Positions 31,151 through 39,720 of a stretch of 64,000 nucleotides of DNA are shown here, piece by piece. This stretch comes from a virus, in IMG/VR virus record IMGVR_UViG_3300023179_000077, positions 13,054 through 77,053 of that record; one strand, given 5' to 3'. Each line of letters opens with the position of its first letter. Position 1 is the first letter of the stretch. The position numbers and the translations under genes are program-made. The notes beneath the pieces are model-generated. The model ran no database searches, was not told the origin of the DNA, and saw nothing but the letters and a program-made list of their open reading frames with translations.

Positions 31151-33718
31151 ATGCCAAATGAATTTGTCGCAAGGAACGGCATAATTGCCCTCAATAACTC
31201 AATAATTACCGGTTCACTTACTGTCACTCAAGGTGTAACAGCATCGCTGTTCGGTACATCATCGTGGGCAACTAACGCATTAACTTCATCTTATATATTA
31301 AGCGCTGTAAGCGCTTCGTTCGCTAGTACTGCTTCTAATGTATTAGGAGGAGCTAGTAGTTATGTTCCACTTTGGAATACTGCTACTAGTTTGAGTAGTA
31401 GTGTGATATATCAGAGTAGTGGAAATGTTGGTATTGGTACTACGAGTCCAAGCTCAAAATTGCACGTCTATAATTTATCCGCTGCTAATGATGTCAGCAC
31501 TACTATATTAGTAATTGAAGCAGGGACAGACGCGACGTTGGGCCCTCTTTCTTTTATTACAAATTTAAGGCCAAGCACAACAGCATCAAATCGAAGAGTC
31601 GAAATATATGCAGGGGATAATGGAAACTACCGAAATGTTACATTCCCTTATGCAAATATTGGCATCGGCACCACTACCCCTAACGCCAAACTCGACGTCA
31701 ACGGCAACGCAATTGTTACAGGATCTCTTACTGTTACTGGCACTATTACTGCGCAGACGCTAGTAGTACAGACAGTAACTTCTTCTGTTAGTTTCGTAAC
31801 AGGATCTAGCAGATTTGGTAGTTCGTTAAGCAATACTCACGATTTCACGGGATCTGTTGGTGTGACTGGTAGTTTGACAGTAACTGGTGATATATCTTCG
31901 ACAGGAAATTTTAAATCTCCAACTACTACTTACTATTTCAATCCAAATACTGGATTATTTAACATTACTAACGGATATATATCGGGATTATACAGCCCAG
32001 GAAGTGTTTTAAGAGCATCTTTCTCTGATACCGCCACTGTTTTTAGCGGAAATGTAAATTTCGCCGGATCAGGTATATGGAATTCTTCAGGAAATGTTGG
32101 TATAGGTACCACTTCCCCTACAGCTAGACTTCACGTTTCTGGTTCAAACAGCGATTCACTGTTACTAGTAGCATCACCTGGTGCTACGAGTGCTCTGTTT
32201 GTGAGCGGAAGTGGAAACGTAGGGATTGGCACTGTAAGTCCCACAGCACCGCTTACGTTTGGTAAATCTGTTTACGCTGCCCCAACAAGCGAAGACTTTT
32301 TCAGAATTAAATTTGAGGATGTAGGTGGAATTGCTAATGATGTAGGCATAGGAATGCCAGCGACTGGCGCAATCGGTTTTAATATTACTGACGTTTCCGG
32401 ATATTACGCATTCTATAAAGGTCCAACGGCAACGGAATTAGTAAGAATTACAAATGCCGGGAATGTTGGTATTGGTACCACTTCCCCATCCGCCCGCCTT
32501 CACGTCTCAGGAAGTACTACAGCTAATCTATTAGTTGGTACTAGCGATTTATTTGTGAGTGCGAGTGGAAATGTAGGTATTGGAACTACAAGTCCAACTG
32601 AAAAACTAACAATCAGAGGGAATGGAGCTAAGATGTTAATAGAAGCAGCATCCGATCCATCCGGGTATTATACTTACTTACAATCTAATTACGATGCTGT
32701 AAATCCATTTGTATTAGTTAGTCAAGGATTCGATATACTCGGATCAAGAACAGCTACATCTCCTGTAGGAACTAGAGCTACTTATCTAAACAGTTACTAT
32801 GATATTTCTTTAAATACAGGAGGAGCCACAGCTTCTTTAGCCACTTCTAAATTGTATATTTCAGCTAGTGGTAACGTAGGTATAGGAACCACTTCTCCCA
32901 ACGCTAAACTAGATGTAAGCGGTAGCGCTATAGTATCAGGATCATTCACTGTAGCTCCTAGCAACGCTGTAGAACTGCAAGTAACGAGTACAGGTACTAA
33001 AATAGGAAATATAATAATAGACGCTCACACTGTTACTGGTAGTTTAAGTGTAAGTGGTAGTACAGTAGTAGTAGGATCTTTAACAATAGGTACATCATCA
33101 CTAGGATCTACTGAAAATACTTTAGTTGTAGGACCATCCCCTGCAGGAGGAACTGGAGAAGGTGGACAAATACTACTTCAAGCAACAGGAGGTACGTATA
33201 CCTCAGCATCAATGCTTGATAATTATCAAAATAGATTCAGAATACTAAGAGGTACAAATGCTGTTAGTGATGCAGAATATTTTAATGTTAGTTTACATTC
33301 TGGTCAGCTTGGATTTAGCAGATATACCGGATCAGGAGCATTTCCTGGAACAGCTGTGGCAAACTTGGCTGTAGATAGCGGTGGTAATGTAATTACAGTA
33401 GCTACTGGAGGTGGTGGAGGTAGTGTAACTATAAACAACAACACAGACAACTATCTTATATCAGCAACAGGTACGGCTAATACTTTAAACGGAGAAGCCA
33501 ATTTACAATTTAATGGTACTGCATTATCAGTAACAGGATCATTTACTGTTATCACAGGCAGTTCAATAGAATTCCAAGTTACTAATACTGGTGTTATAAT
33601 AGGTAATACAACAACAGATACTCACACTATTATAGGAGACGTGACAATAACAGGAAGTATAATAGGAGCCGAACCAATACCTGCTGGAGCTAAATTATAT
33701 TTATTTTATAATTACTAA
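31151..33718 (+). CDS. Modular tail fibre (855 aa)
   Basis: Shares GNVGIGT-delimited modules with the 3173-aa fibre. Confidence 0.8.
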   Translation: MPNEFVARNGIIALNNSIITGSLTVTQGVTASLFGTSSWATNALTSSYILSAVSASFASTASNVLGGASSYVPLWNTATSLSSSVIYQSSGNVGIGTTSPSSKLHVYNLSAANDVSTTILVIEAGTDATLGPLSFITNLRPSTTASNRRVEIYAGDNGNYRNVTFPYANIGIGTTTPNAKLDVNGNAIVTGSLTVTGTITAQTLVVQTVTSSVSFVTGSSRFGSSLSNTHDFTGSVGVTGSLTVTGDISSTGNFKSPTTTYYFNPNTGLFNITNGYISGLYSPGSVLRASFSDTATVFSGNVNFAGSGIWNSSGNVGIGTTSPTARLHVSGSNSDSLLLVASPGATSALFVSGSGNVGIGTVSPTAPLTFGKSVYAAPTSEDFFRIKFEDVGGIANDVGIGMPATGAIGFNITDVSGYYAFYKGPTATELVRITNAGNVGIGTTSPSARLHVSGSTTANLLVGTSDLFVSASGNVGIGTTSPTEKLTIRGNGAKMLIEAASDPSGYYTYLQSNYDAVNPFVLVSQGFDILGSRTATSPVGTRATYLNSYYDISLNTGGATASLATSKLYISASGNVGIGTTSPNAKLDVSGSAIVSGSFTVAPSNAVELQVTSTGTKIGNIIIDAHTVTGSLSVSGSTVVVGSLTIGTSSLGSTENTLVVGPSPAGGTGEGGQILLQATGGTYTSASMLDNYQNRFRILRGTNAVSDAEYFNVSLHSGQLGFSRYTGSGAFPGTAVANLAVDSGGNVITVATGGGGGSVTINNNTDNYLISATGTANTLNGEANLQFNGTALSVTGSFTVITGSSIEFQVTNTGVIIGNTTTDTHTIIGDVTITGSIIGAEPIPAGAKLYLFYNY

Positions 33719-33745
33719 TATATTTATATATAAATACAAAATAAT

Positions 33746-34150
33746 ATGCCACAAAACACATCTCCTATTTTTGCACAAACTCCTATTCTAGCACAAACGT
33801 ATATTACTGGTTCATATACAGATAGAACAGGAGCAACTTCGGGATTGTACACTCTTGTAACTGCTGGTTCTAGCGGTTCTAAAGTAACTCAAATTGGAGT
33901 TAAATTTACAGGAAATACAGTTACAGGCTCTTTATTAGTATTTGTTACTAATACGGCAGGAGCAAGTCCTAGGTTATACGATGAAGTCCCTGTTACTGCT
34001 TTAACTGTTAGTACAACTAGCGGCTCCTACAGAAACGTAAACACATATACCGATTTTCAAATAAACGCAGGACAACTAATACAAGTTGGACTAACTGCTA
34101 TTTCTTCAAGTGTGTCATGCAGTGTGTTTGCTTCACAAGGTAATTTTTAA
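33746..34150 (+). CDS. Small virion/fibre-associated protein
   Basis: Beta-rich 134 aa with TGS/SGS motifs; late motif upstream. Confidence 0.5.
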   Translation: MPQNTSPIFAQTPILAQTYITGSYTDRTGATSGLYTLVTAGSSGSKVTQIGVKFTGNTVTGSLLVFVTNTAGASPRLYDEVPVTALTVSTTSGSYRNVNTYTDFQINAGQLIQVGLTAISSSVSCSVFASQGNF

Positions 34151-34155
34151 TTTAT

Positions 34156-34920
34156 ATGTTTTTACCTTTTCAACGGAATAGTAGCAGTTTTTCAGACAGG
34201 TTATATCCTAGAACTGATACAAGTAAGGTTGGCATTATATATACAGTTGAACCATCCGAATACATTAGAACAGGACTACAAGTATATTTAGATGCCGCAA
34301 ATTATCCTGGGACTGGGACTACTTGGTCGGATCTTAGTGGTAACGGTAGAAATTACACATTAGTGAATAGCCCAACGTACAATTCTGCTAATGGCGGTTC
34401 TTTGTTGTTTCAGACTAATCAATATTCTGACGGTCCTGCATCGAATAGTTTTAATATAGATCAAAATGTGACTATTGAATTAGTTTATAAATTAAATACA
34501 TCTTCAGGTACACAATGGGGATTTTTTTTCGACACTTCGGCAGCAGATAGAGGAATTAGTACTCACTTAAATGAAGGAGGATCGACCATTTTTGATACTA
34601 TGGGATACAATACTGGAAATGGAGATAGAATAAGCGTCGGAGCAGTATCTAATGGAACTATAACCCATTTGACATGTAGATATAGAAATAATACTACACC
34701 GCGTAAAAACATATTTAGAAATGGATCTTCAGTTGCGGACTCGGGGGCTAATACCCCTACAGCACTATCTCTTTCAAGTGGTGTAGCTCAAGTACCTGGT
34801 AACAAATATGGTATATATATTGATGCAAACATTTATTTATTTAGAGTATACAACATTGCGCTCACAGACGAACAAATACTATTTAATTTTAATGTTACAA
34901 AAACCAGATTTGGTTTATAA
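34156..34920 (+). CDS. Concanavalin A/LamG-like lectin domain protein
   Basis: GLQVYLDAA.YPGTGTTW.DLSGNG and RVYN.ALT.EQI..NF motifs. Confidence 0.75.
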   Translation: MFLPFQRNSSSFSDRLYPRTDTSKVGIIYTVEPSEYIRTGLQVYLDAANYPGTGTTWSDLSGNGRNYTLVNSPTYNSANGGSLLFQTNQYSDGPASNSFNIDQNVTIELVYKLNTSSGTQWGFFFDTSAADRGISTHLNEGGSTIFDTMGYNTGNGDRISVGAVSNGTITHLTCRYRNNTTPRKNIFRNGSSVADSGANTPTALSLSSGVAQVPGNKYGIYIDANIYLFRVYNIALTDEQILFNFNVTKTRFGL

Positions 34921-34937
34921 TACAAATATATTATAGT

Positions 34938-35240
34938 ATGGAAATAAATGAACATATTAATAAAAACTACATAATTTTTAGAGTAGAAGAGTTACAAAAA
35001 GTTGACTTTAGCGTTGTAAAAGAAACATCACAATACACAGTAAGAAAATCAGTCGATAAGTCAAAAACATTCATTAATTGGGATTCAGAAAAAGAACCTT
35101 GGTTTTTATACTTGTTGGAAACTAAAGAAGGGCCGTATACTCACGAAGAAATGCTTGATATACTGGCTACTGAGGAATGGACTAGTTCTTACATTAAGTC
35201 TCATTATATAAATAATGAGAACAATTTTAATGAATTTTGA
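34938..35240 (+). CDS. Hypothetical protein next to the LamG gene
   Basis: 100-aa ORF in the same operon. Confidence 0.55.
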   Translation: MEINEHINKNYIIFRVEELQKVDFSVVKETSQYTVRKSVDKSKTFINWDSEKEPWFLYLLETKEGPYTHEEMLDILATEEWTSSYIKSHYINNENNFNEF

Positions 35241-35288
35241 TTTTTTCTACATTCTTTATATATTTATATACACAAATAATAAAACAAT

Positions 35289-35756
35289 ATGGCAAAAACA
35301 ATTTTAAAATTACAAGAATTCTTTCAACTCGACGTTGAAATAAACGGTTTTACTAACCCCGAAACCGGCGAAGTATTAGTTAAAGGATTACTCGCCGAAA
35401 AAATATCAGTACCAACTAAATATTGGTTATACGATTTAGCTAAAAAAGTAACTGCTGAAAAAGAAGCAGTAAATTCATTAAGAGAAGAACTTATTAAAAA
35501 GTATGGTACTACTGATGAGCAAGGCAACATTAGTATTCCTATTTATATCAACGAAGTAGTTGATGATGATACTAAAGAAGTTGTTTCTCGCGAAATAAAT
35601 CTTGCGTATGTTGGTTTTCAAAATGATTTTAATTCATTGTTAAATGAAGAACGTGAATTAGAACATCATGCTTTTCAATTAGAAGACTTTGAAAATGTAT
35701 CAACAGAAGTTAATTATGCTGTTTTATTTAAATTAATTCAAGCACCTAATGCTTAA
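35289..35756 (+). CDS. Hypothetical helical protein, possible fibre chaperone
   Basis: LREELIKKYG motif; late motif upstream. Confidence 0.5.
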   Translation: MAKTILKLQEFFQLDVEINGFTNPETGEVLVKGLLAEKISVPTKYWLYDLAKKVTAEKEAVNSLREELIKKYGTTDEQGNISIPIYINEVVDDDTKEVVSREINLAYVGFQNDFNSLLNEERELEHHAFQLEDFENVSTEVNYAVLFKLIQAPNA

Positions 35757-35982
35757 AATAGTTGAAATAGCAAAAGCATGGATTGCTGCTGCTGACCCAA
35801 CGCCTGAACAAAAATTAATAGCTGAGTATAGGGCAAGTGTATGTGATGGGTGTGATAAAAAATCTCACAATTCAACTATAGACTTATACTATTGTGGTGA
35901 ATGTGGATGTCCTCTCTCTAAAAAATTGTTCAGTCCTAAACCAGGAAATGAAGCCTGCCCATTAGCTAAATGGAAAAAATAA
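35749..35982 (+). CDS. Cys-rich Zn-binding small protein
   Basis: C..C, CGECGC.L..K and CP..KW motifs. Confidence 0.6.
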   Translation: MLKIVEIAKAWIAAADPTPEQKLIAEYRASVCDGCDKKSHNSTIDLYYCGECGCPLSKKLFSPKPGNEACPLAKWKK

Positions 35983-35992
35983 AATAAAGTAT

Positions 35993-36256
35993 ATGGCACA
36001 ATTAGCACAAGAAGAATTACAATCAATTAAAGATCTTCAAACACGTTATAATCAAACTGCATTTGAAATAGGCAGTCTTGAAATTCAATTATCAACATAT
36101 AAAAAGTATGTTGTTTCTTTAGAAGAAGAAAAAGTAAATCTTCTTAAGGACATAACGTCTATTGAAGAAAAAGAAAAAGAATTAACGGACAAATTAGTAG
36201 AGAAATACGGAAATGTAACAATAGATCCTAATACAGGAGAAATTACATCCGTTTAA
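35993..36256 (+). CDS. Coiled-coil protein, possible fibre chaperone
   Basis: Heptad repeats ending KYG.V.ID..TGEI. Confidence 0.5.
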   Translation: MAQLAQEELQSIKDLQTRYNQTAFEIGSLEIQLSTYKKYVVSLEEEKVNLLKDITSIEEKEKELTDKLVEKYGNVTIDPNTGEITSV

Positions 36257-36337
36257 TATTGTTTTGCGTTTTATGATTAGTTTTAAATATTTATTAGTAG
36301 GTCAATCCTATTAAATTTATTAAAAAACAATTATAAA

Positions 36338-38056
36338 ATGGCAGAAAAAATCATTTCGCCTGGTGTGTTTCAAAACGAAACTGACCAGTCTCTAGTGCAG
36401 CGGGGTATTCAAGGAACAGCAACTGCACTTGTTGGCCCTACAGTATTAGGCCAGCCCTTTGTTCCTACTTATGTTACTTCATATAGTGAATATGTAGCTA
36501 AATTTGGTGAATCATTTAAAAGCGGTAGCTACTACTATGAATATTTTACATCATTAGCTGCTAAAGATTTCTTTCAAAACGGCGGTCAAACATTACTTGT
36601 AACTAGAATTGTTAGTGGTTCTGCTGGTCTTGGTACTTATTCACAAGCTACAGTTCCTGGAGTAGTTGATGCTTCTTCATTTGTAATTGAAACATTAGCT
36701 TGGGGTGATATCATGAATAATACTTCTAGTATATCAAGTGGTGCTTTAGCAAGCGGCAGTAACACTAACGTTCGCTGGGAAGTAACAAATGTAAGTACCG
36801 GTAGTGGTATATTTACTTTAGCTGTTCGCGCTGGTAATGATAATACAGCTCAACCTAATTATTTAGAAACATGGGCTAACTTATCATTAGACCCAGCATT
36901 ACCTAACTTTATTTCTCGCGTTATAGGTGATATTAAGCCTGTATTCACAATTGATAGTGATGGTAATTATATAGTTGATACTACAGGTTCATATAGCAAT
37001 GCTTCAAGATACATACGTGTTAAATCAGTAACTACACCTCAAGTAGATTCTATTGATAATAACGGTAACTATAAAGCAACTCAATATAGTGGTTCATTAC
37101 CTGCATTAGGAAGTGGTTCTTATGGTGGTTCATTTGCAGGAGGTGTAGCTGCAACTACTACTGCTCAATTAATGAATGAAACTATTACAACAAGTAACAT
37201 TCAAGGATTTTCAGCTAACGACTATATTACAGCATTCCGTATCTTAAATAACTCAGATGCTTATCAATTCAATGTATTGTTAGCTCCTGGTGTTGGTTTA
37301 AGTAATAGTGCGGTTTCAACTATGATTTCAACTGTTGAAGGTCGTGGTGATTCTATTGCTGTTGTAGATGCTGGTGTTTATGGTACTTCAATTGCATCCG
37401 CAAACGCAGCTGCTGCTGGCCAATCAAGTAATTATGCTGCTGCTTACTATCCTTGGGTTCAATTATACAGTTCAGCTTTAGGTAAATCTGTATGGACTCC
37501 TCCATCAACAATAGTAGGTGGTGTTTATGCCTTTAATGATCAAGTTGCTGCTAGTTGGTTTGCTCCTGCAGGTTTAAACCGCGGTGGTGTTCCTTCAGTA
37601 TTACGTGCTGAAAAGAGATTATCTCAAGCAGATCGCGATTCATTATACTCAGCTAATGTTAACCCACTTGCTACATTCCCTGGTGAAGGTGTTGTAGTAT
37701 ATGGTCAGAAAACATTACAGAAAAAACAAACCGCCCTCGATCGTGTAAATGTTCGTCGTTTATTAATTGCATTAAAAGATTATATTGGTCAAGTATCAAA
37801 CGGCTTAGTATTCGAACAAAATACTAATGTTACTCGTAACCGTTTCTTAGCTCAAGTAAATCCATATCTCGAATCAGTAGTACAACGTCAAGGTTTATAT
37901 GCTTATAAGGTAGTAATGGATGATTCCAACAATACACCTGATGTAATAGACCGCAACCAATTAGTAGGTCAGATCTATATCCAACCAACTAAGACCGCTG
38001 AATTTATTATATTGAATTTCAATATTCAACCAACTGGCGCTACATTCCCTGCATAA
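36338..38056 (+). CDS. Tail sheath protein
   Basis: SPGV...E.D, WFAPAGLNRG, GQKTL and RVNVRRLL motifs. Confidence 0.97.
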   Translation: MAEKIISPGVFQNETDQSLVQRGIQGTATALVGPTVLGQPFVPTYVTSYSEYVAKFGESFKSGSYYYEYFTSLAAKDFFQNGGQTLLVTRIVSGSAGLGTYSQATVPGVVDASSFVIETLAWGDIMNNTSSISSGALASGSNTNVRWEVTNVSTGSGIFTLAVRAGNDNTAQPNYLETWANLSLDPALPNFISRVIGDIKPVFTIDSDGNYIVDTTGSYSNASRYIRVKSVTTPQVDSIDNNGNYKATQYSGSLPALGSGSYGGSFAGGVAATTTAQLMNETITTSNIQGFSANDYITAFRILNNSDAYQFNVLLAPGVGLSNSAVSTMISTVEGRGDSIAVVDAGVYGTSIASANAAAAGQSSNYAAAYYPWVQLYSSALGKSVWTPPSTIVGGVYAFNDQVAASWFAPAGLNRGGVPSVLRAEKRLSQADRDSLYSANVNPLATFPGEGVVVYGQKTLQKKQTALDRVNVRRLLIALKDYIGQVSNGLVFEQNTNVTRNRFLAQVNPYLESVVQRQGLYAYKVVMDDSNNTPDVIDRNQLVGQIYIQPTKTAEFIILNFNIQPTGATFPA

Positions 38057-38066
38057 GGGAATGTAG
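38040..38066 (+). other. 11-bp perfect hairpin spanning the sheath stop codon
   Basis: CTACATTCCCT-GCATA-AGGGAATGTAG, with no T-tract. Confidence 0.6.
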
Positions 38067-38104
38067 TTGCTAATATTTATTAACAGCAATTAAAATTAAA
38101 TAAC

Positions 38105-38590
38105 ATGCCTGTACTAGACGCAAATGAAATTATGTTTACAGCGTTTGAACCTAAAGTTCAGAATCGCTTTATCATGTATATTGACGGTATTCCCGCATAC
38201 TTGATTAAAGCTGCTTCTGCTCCTGGATTTGAAGCTGGTGAAATTATATTAGATCACATCAACGTTTACCGTAAAGTAAAAGGTAAAGTACGTTGGAATG
38301 ATATGACTTTAAGTTTATATGATCCTGTAACTCCCTCTGGTGCTCAAGCTGTAATGGAATGGGCTCGTTTAGCACACGAATCAGTAACTGGTCGTGATGG
38401 CTATTCTGACTTCTATAAGAAAGACTTAACATTAGATATTTTAGGTCCTGTAGGTGATGTAGTAGGTGAGTGGATTGTTAAAGGTGCTTATTGTAAAACA
38501 GCAACTTTTGGTGAGTATGATTGGGCTAACGATGCTGCAATTAACTTATCCGTTACAATCGCTATGGATTACTGCGTATTGAACTTCTAG
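38105..38590 (+). CDS. Tail tube protein (gp19-like)
   Basis: FEPKVQNRF, W.DMTL.LYDP...AQAVMEW; follows the sheath gene. Confidence 0.9.
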   Translation: MPVLDANEIMFTAFEPKVQNRFIMYIDGIPAYLIKAASAPGFEAGEIILDHINVYRKVKGKVRWNDMTLSLYDPVTPSGAQAVMEWARLAHESVTGRDGYSDFYKKDLTLDILGPVGDVVGEWIVKGAYCKTATFGEYDWANDAAINLSVTIAMDYCVLNF

Positions 38591-38614
38591 TTTCTCTATA
38601 CTTCTTTCTTTTAT

Positions 38615-38648
38615 AAAGGCGTCTGCTTTTGCAGACGCTTTTACTTTT
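38615..38648 (+). terminator. Intrinsic terminator after the tube gene
   Basis: GGCGTCTGC-TTTT-GCAGACGCT followed by a T-tract. Confidence 0.85.
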
Positions 38649-38685
38649 CATATATTTATATATATCAAACAACAAAAAACGTTAT

Positions 38686-39429
38686 ATGGCTGAATTAAAA
38701 ATTCCAACAGAAACAGTTACATTACCCTCTAAAGGTTTACTTTATCCCGCTACATCACCATTAGCAAAAGGTGAAATTGAAATGAAGTATATGACAGCTA
38801 AAGAAGAAGATATTCTTACTAATGCTAACTATATTAAAAATGGCACAGTAATAGACAAATTATTACAAGCACTTATTATAACACCAATCGACTATAATGA
38901 ATTATTAGTCGGTGATAAAAATGCTATTTTAATTGCTGCTCGTATTTTAGGTTATGGTAAAGACTATTCATTTGAATATAACGGAAGGCAATATACAGTA
39001 GATTTGTCTACATTACCTGATAAGCAAATAGATGAATTTTCATTTAAAGCAGGTGTAAATGAATTTACATTTACTTTACCTCACTCAAGTAATACAATAA
39101 CTTTTAAACTTTTAACACACGGCGATGAACAAAAAATAGAAGCCGAAATTAAAGGTATGCAAAAAATAAATCCAAATATTACTACAGACGTTACAACACG
39201 TTTAAAATATATTATTACTTCAGTTGAAGGTAAACGTGACCAAAAAGATATTCGCGATTTCGTAGATAACTACTTAATTGCAAAAGATGCAAGAGCACTC
39301 CGTGAATACTACAATAAAGTATCTCCAGATATCGATTTAAAATACAAACCAGATGATGAAGATTATGTTGGGGAGGGCATAAATATTCCTATTTCAATTA
39401 ACTTTTTTTGGCCTGACGCCGGAATATAG
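38686..39429 (+). CDS. Baseplate hub/tail assembly chaperone (gp26-like), start moved to ATG 38686
   Basis: LPSKG, MTAKEEDIL, GDKNAIL..ARI..YG and NFFWP motifs. Confidence 0.8.
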   Translation: MAELKIPTETVTLPSKGLLYPATSPLAKGEIEMKYMTAKEEDILTNANYIKNGTVIDKLLQALIITPIDYNELLVGDKNAILIAARILGYGKDYSFEYNGRQYTVDLSTLPDKQIDEFSFKAGVNEFTFTLPHSSNTITFKLLTHGDEQKIEAEIKGMQKINPNITTDVTTRLKYIITSVEGKRDQKDIRDFVDNYLIAKDARALREYYNKVSPDIDLKYKPDDEDYVGEGINIPISINFFWPDAGI

Positions 39430-39685
39430 ATTATATGTTTTTTCTCAAATACATGAAATAGTATTTCATGGTAAAGGTGGGTATGATTGGAATACACTAT
39501 ATAATATGCCTATTTGGCTTCGTCGATTTACATTTGAAAAAATTAAAGAATTTTACGAAAAAGAACGTGAAGAAGCTGAAAAACAGCAAAACCTATTAAA
39601 GAATACATCAAGTAAAGAAATATCAAGACCAAACGTTACTCCTCCAAAACAACCAACATATATAACTAAAGCGCCCAAAAAGTAG
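39404..39685 (+). CDS. Frameshift extension of the chaperone (gp51/gpGT-like), absent from the ORF track
   Basis: The +1 frame through the T7 run (39403-39409) reads FFGLTPEYRLYVFSQIHEIVFHGKGGYDWNTLYNMPIWLRRF...KK to TAG 39685; no ATG until 39506. Confidence 0.7.
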   Translation, partial: FFGLTPEYRLYVFSQIHEIVFHGKGGYDWNTLYNMPIWLRRFTFEKIKEFYEKEREEAEKQQNLLKNTSSKEISRPNVTPPKQPTYITKAPKK

Positions 39686-39693
39686 GGCGCTTT
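39668..39693 (+). terminator. Hairpin/terminator at the end of the frameshift ORF
   Basis: AAAGCGCCC-AAAAAGTA-GGGCGCTTT. Confidence 0.7.
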
Positions 39694-39720
39694 AATATTT
39701 ATACGAAGTAACATTAAATT

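Noticed and set aside
15294-33718. Canonical diversity-generating retroelement
   Set aside because: No reverse transcriptase in the window and no non-coding template repeat differing only at adenines was seen.
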